64,000 nucleotides of DNA, taken from positions 3,921-67,920 of IMG/VR virus record IMGVR_UViG_3300042380_000637. One strand, given 5' to 3'. A program made the position numbers and the translations under genes. Positions 35,977-46,109 of the stretch are shown here, one piece after another; within the stretch, counting starts at the first letter, position 1; each line of letters opens with the position of its first letter. Below the pieces are notes generated by a model. The model worked only from the letters and a program-made list of their open reading frames with translations. It was not told the DNA's origin and did not search any database. Source of the stretch: a virus.

Positions 35977-36909
35977 TTAACAATTGCATGAACATGTTCC
36001 ACATCCCTCTTCCGCACATGTTGCGAGAAGCGTTTTATAATATTCGTTGGCTTTATCCCACTCACCCGCCTGCATTGCGTTTAACAATCCAACATATACA
36101 GCGTACACCTCTGTATATTTTTCATCACATCTGCCACACATCACGCTTTGTATATATCTATATCTAAGCTGATTCAGGCAATTGATTAAAGAAGCGTCTA
36201 TAATTATTGGGCTGTTGACAACATAATAATCCGGGAATGTTGCCGCCTGCGTAGCAAGATTTACATCGCCATATGGATACGATGCTCCAAATGGAGCCAC
36301 TATCATTATTATTTCATACAATCCTTGTATAACAGTAGTGACATCGTTTTCCGTCTTTGTAGGCAGCGATAAAACATATTCGTATGGAATATCGGCTTGC
36401 TCGCTTTGTGAAACAGGAGTTTGTGTGTTGTTTCCAAATCCCAAATTGTCTGGCAAACTCCTAAGCTTATACACCGTCCATATATACACGGCATCCCTGT
36501 ACGGCCTGTATGGATTAAAATCTTCTTCTATAGGATTGAATCCTCCGGGATTAAGGTCTGGGTCATTGGGGTCATAAAATCCTGTTTCATCCGTCACCGT
36601 AATTTGAGTTTGCGCAGCATTTACTTCTAATAAAATCTGCGGCCTTAAAAGCTTAGGTAAATTAGGGTCGGGTGTTACGGCAAAGGATATACTTTTATTA
36701 GCCGTGATAAACATCGGCGTAACGCCTAATGTATTAAAAAAAGACTGGCTTTTATTCCCAGTAAGAAATATGCTTGTTGTTTGAAGTGTGGTAAAAAAAC
36801 TTCGGGATACGCCACCTGTTAAAAACAATGGCATATCCCGAAGCGTGTTTATAAATGACGAAGCCCTGCTTTGCGTCCTGAAAAAGGATATTTTTTTTGG
36901 TGTAGACAC
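35977..36909 (-). CDS. putative tail/structural protein
   Basis: 310 aa with N-terminal ~19-aa repeats and a Cys-rich end CGTCSCNC. Confidence 0.65.
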   Translation of the reverse strand: MSTPKKISFFRTQSRASSFINTLRDMPLFLTGGVSRSFFTTLQTTSIFLTGNKSQSFFNTLGVTPMFITANKSISFAVTPDPNLPKLLRPQILLEVNAAQTQITVTDETGFYDPNDPDLNPGGFNPIEEDFNPYRPYRDAVYIWTVYKLRSLPDNLGFGNNTQTPVSQSEQADIPYEYVLSLPTKTENDVTTVIQGLYEIIMIVAPFGASYPYGDVNLATQAATFPDYYVVNSPIIIDASLINCLNQLRYRYIQSVMCGRCDEKYTEVYAVYVGLLNAMQAGEWDKANEYYKTLLATCAEEGCGTCSCNC

Positions 36910-36924
36910 ATTAAAAAAAATTAA

Positions 36925-37791
36925 TTACCCAGTTGACCCCGGATTATCATTACCTCCACTAACTCCGCCTCCCACTGTTACATTAAAATACCCGCTATCT
37001 CTTAGTGTTTGATTAGAGAAGCCGGATGTAACAACCAGTGCAGGAATTGTTTCTTCGGTTGTTATACGATACATTGTTTGACCGCTAAGGCTTGATGTGC
37101 CGCTTCTTACAACCGCTCTGAGCCAAACATAATCAGGAATGTCATCTCTGCTATTCCAGCTCCTTGAAATAGAAGTGCTTCCCGTAAAAGCAGGAAACTG
37201 ATTCATAACCTCAAGAGTAAATGATATTGGCTGCGGAGTTCCTGTGATGCTTGATGGGGTTCCCACATTGCTATATTGCTCCAGCCTTGTAATGTTCGGC
37301 TCATTTGCTCCGTTAGGGTTATTCGACACCCTCCACGATGTTAAAAGCGGAATATTTGCCTGAGACGCACTAAGGGTGGTGCTTGTTTTTTCCGTAGCAA
37401 CACGAATATAAAATGATTCTGCTGTCGTAATTAAGCTATAACTTGCCGTAATGGCATTGCCAGTTGATGGCGTAACTCCCGTAAAACTGCCCACGGCCAA
37501 TGTTAATTGTGTTGCTCCTTGAATGGATAAAATTTGACCAAGCAAAACATATATACCACTGTTGTTAATAAAGTATATATATTGGCCGGGGTCAAACAAA
37601 TTAAAATTTGTCCCATTCCCATTAATTACATCTCCGGCTTTATTTAAAAAGCCGCTGCCGCCACTTGAAAGCGGAGGAGCGATTTCTTCGTTAGGACTTC
37701 CCGATGCACCACTTGCGCTCACCGCAATGTTGGTGTTATTTGCATTGATGCGGTAGTAATTTACCTCCGTGTTATATGTATTTTCTGGCAT
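36925..37791 (-). CDS. putative structural protein (paralog of 37807..38640)
   Basis: shared G(Q/D)Y(I/L)Y, IPxxxxW and RLExxS.VGxP motifs. Confidence 0.7.
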   Translation of the reverse strand: MPENTYNTEVNYYRINANNTNIAVSASGASGSPNEEIAPPLSSGGSGFLNKAGDVINGNGTNFNLFDPGQYIYFINNSGIYVLLGQILSIQGATQLTLAVGSFTGVTPSTGNAITASYSLITTAESFYIRVATEKTSTTLSASQANIPLLTSWRVSNNPNGANEPNITRLEQYSNVGTPSSITGTPQPISFTLEVMNQFPAFTGSTSISRSWNSRDDIPDYVWLRAVVRSGTSSLSGQTMYRITTEETIPALVVTSGFSNQTLRDSGYFNVTVGGGVSGGNDNPGSTG

Positions 37792-37806
37792 TGCTTATAA
37801 TATTAA

Positions 37807-38640
37807 TTATGGAAAATATCCTGCTGATTGCAAATCTGTAGCCGGATAATCAATCCCAGCAACAATGCAATTTTGATTAAAATCTGAATTTACAAATAGT
37901 CTAAACAACGTATTACTTGGCAAATTTTCTGCAGCGGTTCCAAATGGATTAATTTTCGCATAGACAAAATTTGGGAAAACAGCTGAAGATGGGAAATAAA
38001 GAGTTGAGCGGCTACCTCCAGCTCCTATAGCAACTCTTGAAGGCCAAGGGTAATATGGAGTGATTGTATATTGTATATTTTGCGGAGCAGGCGCTTCCTC
38101 GGTTGGAACGCCTACCAAACTAAATCTTTCCAATCTGTTTGTGGCCTCTTGATTAAACGAGCCAAACACCCTGCTTCCTTTAAGCCATTCTCTCCAGTTT
38201 GGGATGTATAGCGTTTGACCCTGAATCACCGTGGGTACACGCATAATAATATCCTCCTGTGTGCTAAGCAATACATTTGTTTTCCCAGCATACTTCCCCG
38301 GAGCAGCAATAGTGCTTGGCGCTCCTGTCGATAAAATCATTGTGCTGGGACTTATGGATACAATTTTACCAATAAGAGTTGGTGTTGTATCAATTACATC
38401 AAACGCATATAAATAGTCTCCCACTTGAAAATCTACATCAAACTCCACCCCAATTCCTACCACGGAAGTGTTGCCCTGTACTGTAGTAATCTTGCCAGTG
38501 GCAAGTGTAATAGGATTGATTATATCGTTCAAATCTGATGCCAAGCCTCCCGTTGGATTATTGGCTACGGCTTCATTTTCCGGTGTTGCCTTTGCGTATG
38601 TGATTCCCGGAAGATTAAGTCTAAATGGTATTGTTGGCAT
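37807..38640 (-). CDS. putative structural protein (paralog of 36925..37791)
   Basis: shared motifs; both end near SGYF/AGYF; TAAATTTG box upstream. Confidence 0.7.
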   Translation of the reverse strand: MPTIPFRLNLPGITYAKATPENEAVANNPTGGLASDLNDIINPITLATGKITTVQGNTSVVGIGVEFDVDFQVGDYLYAFDVIDTTPTLIGKIVSISPSTMILSTGAPSTIAAPGKYAGKTNVLLSTQEDIIMRVPTVIQGQTLYIPNWREWLKGSRVFGSFNQEATNRLERFSLVGVPTEEAPAPQNIQYTITPYYPWPSRVAIGAGGSRSTLYFPSSAVFPNFVYAKINPFGTAAENLPSNTLFRLFVNSDFNQNCIVAGIDYPATDLQSAGYFP

Positions 38641-38696
38641 AGATGGCGCGTTTGGTTCTATACTGCACTTGCAAATTTACAAATAAAATCTATATA

Positions 38697-38897
38697 CTAT
38701 TCATAGTTTTGATATGTATACTCAAGCAGTTGGTCGGCTGTCACTGTATCATTTACCTGTGCGCTTTGCCTATACTGCACCTCCTGATAAAAAGCTAAAA
38801 GCTGTTGTGTTTTTTCGCTTAATGTAGCACATCCCCTTTGTATATCGTTTTGCAGGCTGTGTACGTATTTTTGGTAAAGAGTTTGCACCGTGTCCAT
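38697..38897 (-). CDS. hypothetical protein
   Basis: TAATG-type coupling to the upstream ORF. Confidence 0.5.
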   Translation of the reverse strand: MDTVQTLYQKYVHSLQNDIQRGCATLSEKTQQLLAFYQEVQYRQSAQVNDTVTADQLLEYTYQNYE

Positions 38898-39301
38898 TAT
38901 ATTGAGTTTTTTGCGTTTTCTTTCTCAATTGCGTCCTGAATCAATTTTTTTATTTCATCTGGAGCTTTGTATACGCTATACAAAGTAAATATATTTTCAG
39001 AACAATTTTTTAAATTGTTTATAACATCTTCATTTTGAAGCTGCCCGGTTTCCTTTAGATGCGTAATCAAGCCCCACGCACTTTCTTCATCATCGCATAT
39101 GCCAAAGTCTATATACGCCTCATCGAGTTGATTCCGCACAAGAAAATCATATCCTTTTTCCGTACACACCATAATTACAGGTCCAATTGCATCTGTATAC
39201 ATGTACGCAAGAGTAATCATCTCTTCCAGTTTATCTGTTGGAATGCTATCCTCCATGAAAAACTGAAAAGCGCAGCGGGGGGTTTCTAATAGGTTTTCCA
39301 T
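38897..39301 (-). CDS. hypothetical protein
   Basis: 134-aa acidic ORF. Confidence 0.55.
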   Translation of the reverse strand: MENLLETPRCAFQFFMEDSIPTDKLEEMITLAYMYTDAIGPVIMVCTEKGYDFLVRNQLDEAYIDFGICDDEESAWGLITHLKETGQLQNEDVINNLKNCSENIFTLYSVYKAPDEIKKLIQDAIEKENAKNSI

Positions 39302-39368
39302 CTTATTACAAAACAAAGCCCCATGCAGAACACGGGGCTTGTTAATTTAATTTTTAAACCATGACCAA

Positions 39369-40343
39369 TTATAGTTCTTCTTTATCTGTTGTTAGCCCAA
39401 CGGGTCTTCCACGCTTTGCTCCTGCTGGCGTTTTAGACGCTTCTTCTCGCAGCCATTCCAAAATGTCTGTTTTCCACTCTGGGTTAGACTTGAACATTTC
39501 GTATAGCTCGCTTGCTTTCTCTTCCGTGCTGCCCACAATTGGCGAAGTAAGAGTAGCAAGCAAAAAGTTATCATTTCGTTTTATGTTAGATTCGCTGATT
39601 ATAATTTTCCCAGCACCAATCGCTTTGATTAGTAAATCAATATCCTCCACCTCTTTCAGATTGCGAAGAATTCTTTCCACAGCACTATATCCGCCATCGT
39701 TTGTAAGCAATCCCGCAATGTATCCGCGAATGGCTTTGGGCGTTGTATGCGTAGGCTTGTTAAACATGCTTCTGCCATACACCTGCGGAGAGGCCAATCT
39801 TTTAAGTTGCTCATCGGTAACGCCAAGAACAGCATTTTGGATTGCCGTCCTCCAAGTAATTTTTTGCAAGCTGTTATCGCTGGTCTCCTCTGGATTGTCT
39901 ATATAAAACTTATACATCCCTGTTTGATTTTCCTTTTTTAATTCCGGATGCAACTGCATTGCAAGAAAATCCTGAACATCAAACATACTATCTCCATAAA
40001 AATAATGCTCGCCATCTACAAAAGCACGATGTCTCCAAGTTGGCTGTCCGTTAATATCAAATGATTCAAGAAATCCAACTTGAATCATTTTATTGCCATC
40101 CATAACCGTCCAAGGGCCAGTTCCTAAATAATGTACACCTATTTTTTTTGTGACAATGTTTGCCATTCCGGGCATTGGAGAGTTGCTGTCCATTGTTGCA
40201 AAACGGGTTTCTGTTACTGTAGCCCAATAGCTATCATGTAGTTTTACTTTAACCACTTCGCCGGGCTGCAGAACACGGAGTTTGCTCCTAAGTTCATCTG
40301 AGTAATTATTATACTCTCTTGTAATTAATTGTTGGCCTACCAT
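39369..40343 (-). CDS. hypothetical protein downstream of the capsid gene
   Basis: 324 aa; position matches the conserved gene after the MCP in crAss-like head modules; TATCTTTG box upstream. Confidence 0.65.
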   Translation of the reverse strand: MVGQQLITREYNNYSDELRSKLRVLQPGEVVKVKLHDSYWATVTETRFATMDSNSPMPGMANIVTKKIGVHYLGTGPWTVMDGNKMIQVGFLESFDINGQPTWRHRAFVDGEHYFYGDSMFDVQDFLAMQLHPELKKENQTGMYKFYIDNPEETSDNSLQKITWRTAIQNAVLGVTDEQLKRLASPQVYGRSMFNKPTHTTPKAIRGYIAGLLTNDGGYSAVERILRNLKEVEDIDLLIKAIGAGKIIISESNIKRNDNFLLATLTSPIVGSTEEKASELYEMFKSNPEWKTDILEWLREEASKTPAGAKRGRPVGLTTDKEEL

Positions 40344-40379
40344 ATATATATACTTTTTTGTTAATGCAAAGATATAAAT

Positions 40380-40417
40380 AAAAAAAGAGGGCAAACAAAC
40401 GCCGCCCTCTTTTATTT
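40380..40417 (-). terminator. intrinsic terminator after the capsid gene
   Basis: AAAAGAGGGC...GCCCTCTTTT with A/T tracts on both sides. Confidence 0.65.
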
Positions 40418-40430
40418 TATTCCTAAATGA

Positions 40431-41888
40431 TTACACAGTGAATCCTCCAAAGAAACATTTGTAAGCAAGCATCATTTGCAGAGCAAAATCTTGACGCATG
40501 GTTACACGATAGTTTTCTTTGCCGAGTTCAGCACCCGCCTGATTGTATACACGCTTCATAACCTTTGGCCCGCCTACGGTTACAGGGGCTTCCAGTTGCA
40601 GGATGCGCATCATTGGAGCTTCTACGGATTGTGTACGAGAAGAAAGACCATTCTGAATCTTCATCTTAGTTGTTGGAAGAATCAAGAAACAGTTTGAATA
40701 ATACTGATTTGCAAGAGCTGCGGCATTTGCTGGTGCGGCGGTTGCGTTAGAGAAAATGCGAGGATGGCTAAGCTCATTCATTCTTTTCAAAGTGTAAGTC
40801 ACTTCTGATGAAGCAAATTGAGCAAAACCAACACCAAGATTGGTTTGAGCGCTTCCAAGATTACCATCGGCATTTACATAACGAAGCGCAAGGCTAAATG
40901 TTGAACCAAAGTTCTTTTGAATGGTGTCAAACACTTTAGCACCCACCCACAGGTCACGGTCTGTACCAGCCCCTCTATTACGAAGATAATCGTTAATTGA
41001 AAGAAATGCGTCCCAAGTCAATCCACCTGCTGCGTTAGCATTTGTGTAGTCAGCAGTTTGACCGTATGTCTGAACGGTTTTAAAAATACCCATAGTGGTT
41101 TGCATAGATTCACCAGCGGCATTCAAATAGGCATCACCAGTCCCTGCAATGATTTGAGCCATCTTTTTCAAATCGTCACGAACATATGCATCAAGCAGAA
41201 CACGAGGAGCAAGAACATTTTGTCCATTACCCATAGTAAATTCGAATGTCTGATTGTATGCATTAGTTGGAAGTGGGCCAGCAACGGTTTCCTGTGTTTG
41301 GAATTTTACTCCAAAACGGCTCCAACCGCGAACACTTCCTGACCCGAAAAGACTATCAGCGCTTACCACTCCACCAAGCGGACGAAGAACATCATTGGCG
41401 TTGATAAAATTGGTTAAAGCTGTACCAACGGGTGCGGCAACAACAATATTATAATCATCATTGGCCTGAAGAGTGGTGTTTACGCTCTCTACGACAATCT
41501 GAACATTATTACTGGTTGTAGAAAAAAGCTGACCAACAAGTGCGTAAATAAAAAATTTAGCACCAATAGCTTCGCCATCGATTGTCAATGTAAGCTTATG
41601 TGCTTGACCGGCTATTGCTGCTTTTGCAATAACTTTAATGTTGCTCACCACAGATTCTTGTTCTGCGTGGTAAACATTTACGGTGTCGGACGCAACGCCC
41701 AAAAGTCCTCCGCCAGCAATGGTGTCTTCCAGCAAGCCATCTTTAAGATAGTTTGCATCAGGAATACGCTCCATGATTTGACGGTGAAACTTACGGGTGA
41801 GAGCAACGGTATCCGCAAAAGCGGAGTATGTCATATCGGCGGCGCTAAACGGACTTACCGCATTTCCACCATTAAATTCTAAAGCCAT
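40431..41888 (-). CDS. major capsid protein (probable)
   Basis: 485 aa; follows portal and scaffold; TTMGIF and terminal FALQMM pattern; own terminator. Confidence 0.7.
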   Translation of the reverse strand: MALEFNGGNAVSPFSAADMTYSAFADTVALTRKFHRQIMERIPDANYLKDGLLEDTIAGGGLLGVASDTVNVYHAEQESVVSNIKVIAKAAIAGQAHKLTLTIDGEAIGAKFFIYALVGQLFSTTSNNVQIVVESVNTTLQANDDYNIVVAAPVGTALTNFINANDVLRPLGGVVSADSLFGSGSVRGWSRFGVKFQTQETVAGPLPTNAYNQTFEFTMGNGQNVLAPRVLLDAYVRDDLKKMAQIIAGTGDAYLNAAGESMQTTMGIFKTVQTYGQTADYTNANAAGGLTWDAFLSINDYLRNRGAGTDRDLWVGAKVFDTIQKNFGSTFSLALRYVNADGNLGSAQTNLGVGFAQFASSEVTYTLKRMNELSHPRIFSNATAAPANAAALANQYYSNCFLILPTTKMKIQNGLSSRTQSVEAPMMRILQLEAPVTVGGPKVMKRVYNQAGAELGKENYRVTMRQDFALQMMLAYKCFFGGFTV

Positions 41889-41925
41889 TTTCTGTTAAGT
41901 AGATTAAGTTGTGATACAAAATTAA

Positions 41926-42972
41926 TTAAAATTTGAATCCGGTTATAATATTTTGTCCCATGTTTGGCGGACTTATAATATCTCCGGTGTATGGATTTGA
42001 CGGGGCTGTTGATGTATCTGCCTTATTTGCAATCCCTTTCTTGATATTATCGTATGTTTCCGCCACAATTTTTTCTTTAAATGAGGACAAAAATTGTGGA
42101 AGATTTTTTTGCAACTCACGATATTCTGCAAGTTCTCTTAGTAAAGAAAGGTTGGGATATACATTATTGTCATCGGCGACAATCAACGGAAGCTGTTCTG
42201 CAGAAAGCGTGTTAATCATATTACGCAATACATCCTCCCCTATAGCCGGAATCTGTATACCATCTGGTAGATTCACAGGCGCAGACGGACTGATGTTTTT
42301 CAGCCCTGTCTCTACATAGGAATTGAGCCTCTGTTCGTATTCGCGCATGGCTTGTTGGAATTCATCCTCGCCATACGGATTTTGTTCTCCTTGTTGTGGA
42401 GCCGAATCTGTCTCATTAGAAGGAGCGGTGCTTAATGCTGATTGAATACTCGCTTGCTTCTGAATTTTGGCATCCCTTAATTCGTCCACCTGTGACTTCA
42501 ACAGAGCATAATCATACTCATCCAATCCAAAGTTTTCATCAATAGCGGGTTCGATGTCCGCATTGTAATTCTTTTGCAGGAATCTCCGAAAAGCCATGTC
42601 CACATCCAATTCCGGATTGGAGGCAAGCACTTTTTGATTTTTATCCAGAAACTCCTCTTTAAGCAAATCCATTACTGGCATGTTCTCATAGTCTTTTGCC
42701 AACTCTTTCAATGCGTTCTTGTCTTGCAATATGGCAAGGGCTTGTTCTGGGATTCTCTCCACCACCTGTTGTTGTGAAGATTCCAGCTCGGCAATACGCG
42801 CCAAAAGCTCTTCCATTGTTTGTGTTTGCTGCTCTAATCCCGCACCCTCTTGGGTGCTATTATTAGCGCCTTCAATCGATTCTCCTTGCTGCTGGTCTAC
42901 AGCTGCTTCTGTTTGCTGCTCTTCCGGAGCAGGATTCTCTCTCAAGTCAAACAGGAAATTATCCTCGTTCAT
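41926..42972 (-). CDS. scaffold-like acidic protein
   Basis: E/Q-rich and helical, between portal and capsid. Confidence 0.65.
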   Translation of the reverse strand: MNEDNFLFDLRENPAPEEQQTEAAVDQQQGESIEGANNSTQEGAGLEQQTQTMEELLARIAELESSQQQVVERIPEQALAILQDKNALKELAKDYENMPVMDLLKEEFLDKNQKVLASNPELDVDMAFRRFLQKNYNADIEPAIDENFGLDEYDYALLKSQVDELRDAKIQKQASIQSALSTAPSNETDSAPQQGEQNPYGEDEFQQAMREYEQRLNSYVETGLKNISPSAPVNLPDGIQIPAIGEDVLRNMINTLSAEQLPLIVADDNNVYPNLSLLRELAEYRELQKNLPQFLSSFKEKIVAETYDNIKKGIANKADTSTAPSNPYTGDIISPPNMGQNIITGFKF

Positions 42973-42979
42973 ATATATA

Positions 42980-45328
42980 TTATAAAGTTTGCTGTTCCTG
43001 CGGTGGCATTTGTTGTTCCTGCGCCATTTCCTGCGCCATTTGCTGCTCCATCATCGCTTGCTCCTCTGGAGAAACTTGTTGCTCTTGTGGAGGCATTTGT
43101 TGCCCACCTGTTGCCTGTTGCATTTGTGCCGCCATAGCCTGCTGTTGCTCGTTTGTTGCAAACATAAGCATTAATGGCATAATTGCCTGCACGGCGCTGG
43201 CATTAGCTGGATTTTGTATAAGCGACTTTGCCACCTCTTTTATAATGTCGCCTTGTATCTTTATCTTTTCTAAATTCTCTTTGCCCTGCTGTGCCACTGC
43301 TGCCACATCAGATTGTATCTTAGCATTTGCTTCTGCATTTGCTGTTACATTTTGCATCTGCATCATCTTGCCTTTTTTCTCCTGCAGAGCAAGGTAGGCA
43401 TATGCCTGATTGTAGTTGTCAATCATTTTAAGATAGGCAACTTGGTCAAGTGTAATTGTTCCGGCAGCCAAAGCTTGATTGGCAAGCGCGTATAACTCTC
43501 CCCATTGCTGCTCACTTGGAGCAATTTCTACCTTTAGATTCGGGATGATTTCATCAGGATTGCCCTGCTTAATAGAGAACACCTTATTATTCATCACGCC
43601 CTGCGCTCCGTTTGCAATCAGGTCATACATGATGTTCTCCCATAGGTTTTGATGCATCTGCAACTTAGCAAACATCAATCCGCGTAACACATTGTCGCTT
43701 CCAGCGAGCTGTGTCTGTGTGACAAATTTACCCTGCTCTGTTCCGGGTGCTGCCCCCAGTTCTACATTTGGTATACCAATTATATCACGCAGCATAGCTA
43801 TGTGCTGCTGCAAAAGGCTGAATAACAATTGCAGATTCGCGCCTCCTTCGTTTGCTATAATTTGTACAATAGACTTGCCGGATGATGTTGCTATGCCACG
43901 CAAGTTGCCGCTATCCACCGTAATAATCCCCTTGGTAAGGGCGGTGGTAATTAGGTCGTCCTGCGTAATATCTTCATCATTCTCTTCCGTAGCAAAGTCT
44001 GCCAAAGCAGCTTTGTCTATCACCGTCATCCACGGAATAAACTCTTTTGTGTATACATCAATCTTTTCAACAGTTTGTTGAATGATGTCAATATGTTTTT
44101 TTGCCCGGTCAATTACAGATTTGCTCTGCCCTTGCACCATGTTGGCTTGGTATATCACAAAGCTTCCATAGCTTTTTGCAGGATTAGTTCTGTATACATT
44201 TTCCGGATTAGCAGTGATTGGTTGGCGAACTGATTCTTTTACGCCATAGTCGTATATTAAACCAGTTCCACATATATACTTCCCACCAAACACATTCTGC
44301 GTTTTGGTTTTCAGTATCGTTTTGGCCTTGGGGTCTTCAGCATATCCGCTTTTTTGCATTCCCTTTTTGTCTATCATGCCATAGAAGTCATCTACGCTGA
44401 TAAACTCAAAGTACATCACCAACGCATAGTCTACATATGTGCTGCTGTATATTGGCGTGCTTCCCTCGGAAAACGCACTCCACGTATACAGCCAATTGTA
44501 CATTAAGTCAAATCTGCCACCGCGTATAAGCTGCATCTCCTCTGAAGAAAGATAACCAGCAGCGTCATACATCACCTTTGTAATTGGAACTGCTTCAATT
44601 GTATATGCAAACACAACATCTCTGGCATCCTCCACCATGCTAAAGCTCCATCCAGAGTTTAACGGGTCAAGTCTTTTTATAACACGCTTGCCTCCGGTGC
44701 GGTCTATCCAATAACCTCCATTAGATGTAATAATAAGGTCATTGTCCACCATCTTAGCTAACACATCTTGCTTGCTGTCGTGGCTTACATACTCTATTCC
44801 AAGTTCCAGCGCAGATTCCACTTGCAATTGCGGAGCCATCTGCATTTTAAGCTCCAGCTCTGTATTGTCAATAGGGACATCATCCGGAGACATGTTGTAT
44901 ATCTTCATTGCCTCCTGTGCATCAAAGCCCATTTTTTTAAGCATCATCACAATCTCAGCCTTAGCCCGTATTTCGTCACGCTTATTCATGCTAATAGCAT
45001 CAATCATCGTCACCTTTGGCTTAAACTGCATGCGATTCATTTTGCCATTTATCGCATCAACAATTGCTGGGGCTATATGTACATTTCGCAGGTCTGCTCC
45101 GGGAAGTGTAAATGCATCATTGCCGGATATATTTTCTATCGGACGAATGGTGCGAAGAATGGATTGGTTGGCAAGAGCGTATTGATAATTTTCAGCCCAT
45201 CTTCTACGAGGACTGTTAAATAAGGCAACTTGTTGAAGGTGCATCATTTCCAGTCCACGGGCAAAGCGTAGTCCATACTCTTTGTCCTTCTTTTCCTCAA
45301 ACGGAACAGTTAAATCTGGGCTATACAT
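42980..45328 (-). CDS. portal protein
   Basis: 782 aa; IAPAIVDAING, LRDIIGIP..LG, Q/M-rich barrel tail. Confidence 0.8.
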   Translation of the reverse strand: MYSPDLTVPFEEKKDKEYGLRFARGLEMMHLQQVALFNSPRRRWAENYQYALANQSILRTIRPIENISGNDAFTLPGADLRNVHIAPAIVDAINGKMNRMQFKPKVTMIDAISMNKRDEIRAKAEIVMMLKKMGFDAQEAMKIYNMSPDDVPIDNTELELKMQMAPQLQVESALELGIEYVSHDSKQDVLAKMVDNDLIITSNGGYWIDRTGGKRVIKRLDPLNSGWSFSMVEDARDVVFAYTIEAVPITKVMYDAAGYLSSEEMQLIRGGRFDLMYNWLYTWSAFSEGSTPIYSSTYVDYALVMYFEFISVDDFYGMIDKKGMQKSGYAEDPKAKTILKTKTQNVFGGKYICGTGLIYDYGVKESVRQPITANPENVYRTNPAKSYGSFVIYQANMVQGQSKSVIDRAKKHIDIIQQTVEKIDVYTKEFIPWMTVIDKAALADFATEENDEDITQDDLITTALTKGIITVDSGNLRGIATSSGKSIVQIIANEGGANLQLLFSLLQQHIAMLRDIIGIPNVELGAAPGTEQGKFVTQTQLAGSDNVLRGLMFAKLQMHQNLWENIMYDLIANGAQGVMNNKVFSIKQGNPDEIIPNLKVEIAPSEQQWGELYALANQALAAGTITLDQVAYLKMIDNYNQAYAYLALQEKKGKMMQMQNVTANAEANAKIQSDVAAVAQQGKENLEKIKIQGDIIKEVAKSLIQNPANASAVQAIMPLMLMFATNEQQQAMAAQMQQATGGQQMPPQEQQVSPEEQAMMEQQMAQEMAQEQQMPPQEQQTL

Positions 45329-45330
45329 TC

Positions 45331-46107
45331 TTATTTTAAATATAAGGTCTCCTCGTATGGTATATCTTTACCTCCATAGGTATTCCCAAGCATTCCAATA
45401 TAATTTTGTGGCGTAACACTTGAGCCTACATTTTCAGCAGGAGCCACAGGGGCGAAAGGAGCCACAGGAACTTTAGGTTGTCTTGCCCCCCCTAAAACAA
45501 ACGAACTCAATAATCCTGAAAGCGCCCCTTGCCAAGCTTTATTAATGTTCTGCATTTTAGCACCCTCCAAAGCCCCAAGTGTTTGAGCGTATTCTTTTCT
45601 TCCCTGCTCTTGGAACATAGCACGCTTCATCATAGCCTCGTTTGCAAGCGCTCTTCTACGGGCTTGGTCACGCGCTCCCGCCATAGTAAGTTGATTACGA
45701 GCTGCCACGCCTTGTTGGTTAAGGGACATAGCTGCACGCAATGCCTGTGCAGGGTTTTGAGACATCCGCTGTATATTGGCTTGTGTCATTGCCTGCTGAC
45801 GCGTTATCTCGTCTCTGGCAGTTCCTTCGCCCGGCAGCCTGCTGCTTAACGCCTCTCTGGCTACCTGTGATTCATATCTTTTAAAAGCTTCCGGAGTGAT
45901 GTCTTTTACGCCCTCTTTTTTAAGGCGGTCGATTTCCTTGCTCTGTTGGTAGGCTTGATATATACTTGGTATAGTAGATAGGGCAGCTGCGCCAGCCATA
46001 TAAGGATTGAGCCTTAACGTCTGACCTGTAAGTCCCGCAATATCTGCGTTTGACAATCCGCTACGACCAAGTAGCGCATAATCGGAAGGTGTATACTCAG
46101 GAGGCAT
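45331..46107 (-). CDS. putative internal virion/ejection protein
   Basis: A/Q-rich coiled coil with hydrophobic ends. Confidence 0.55.
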   Translation of the reverse strand: MPPEYTPSDYALLGRSGLSNADIAGLTGQTLRLNPYMAGAAALSTIPSIYQAYQQSKEIDRLKKEGVKDITPEAFKRYESQVAREALSSRLPGEGTARDEITRQQAMTQANIQRMSQNPAQALRAAMSLNQQGVAARNQLTMAGARDQARRRALANEAMMKRAMFQEQGRKEYAQTLGALEGAKMQNINKAWQGALSGLLSSFVLGGARQPKVPVAPFAPVAPAENVGSSVTPQNYIGMLGNTYGGKDIPYEETLYLK

Positions 46108-46109
46108 TT

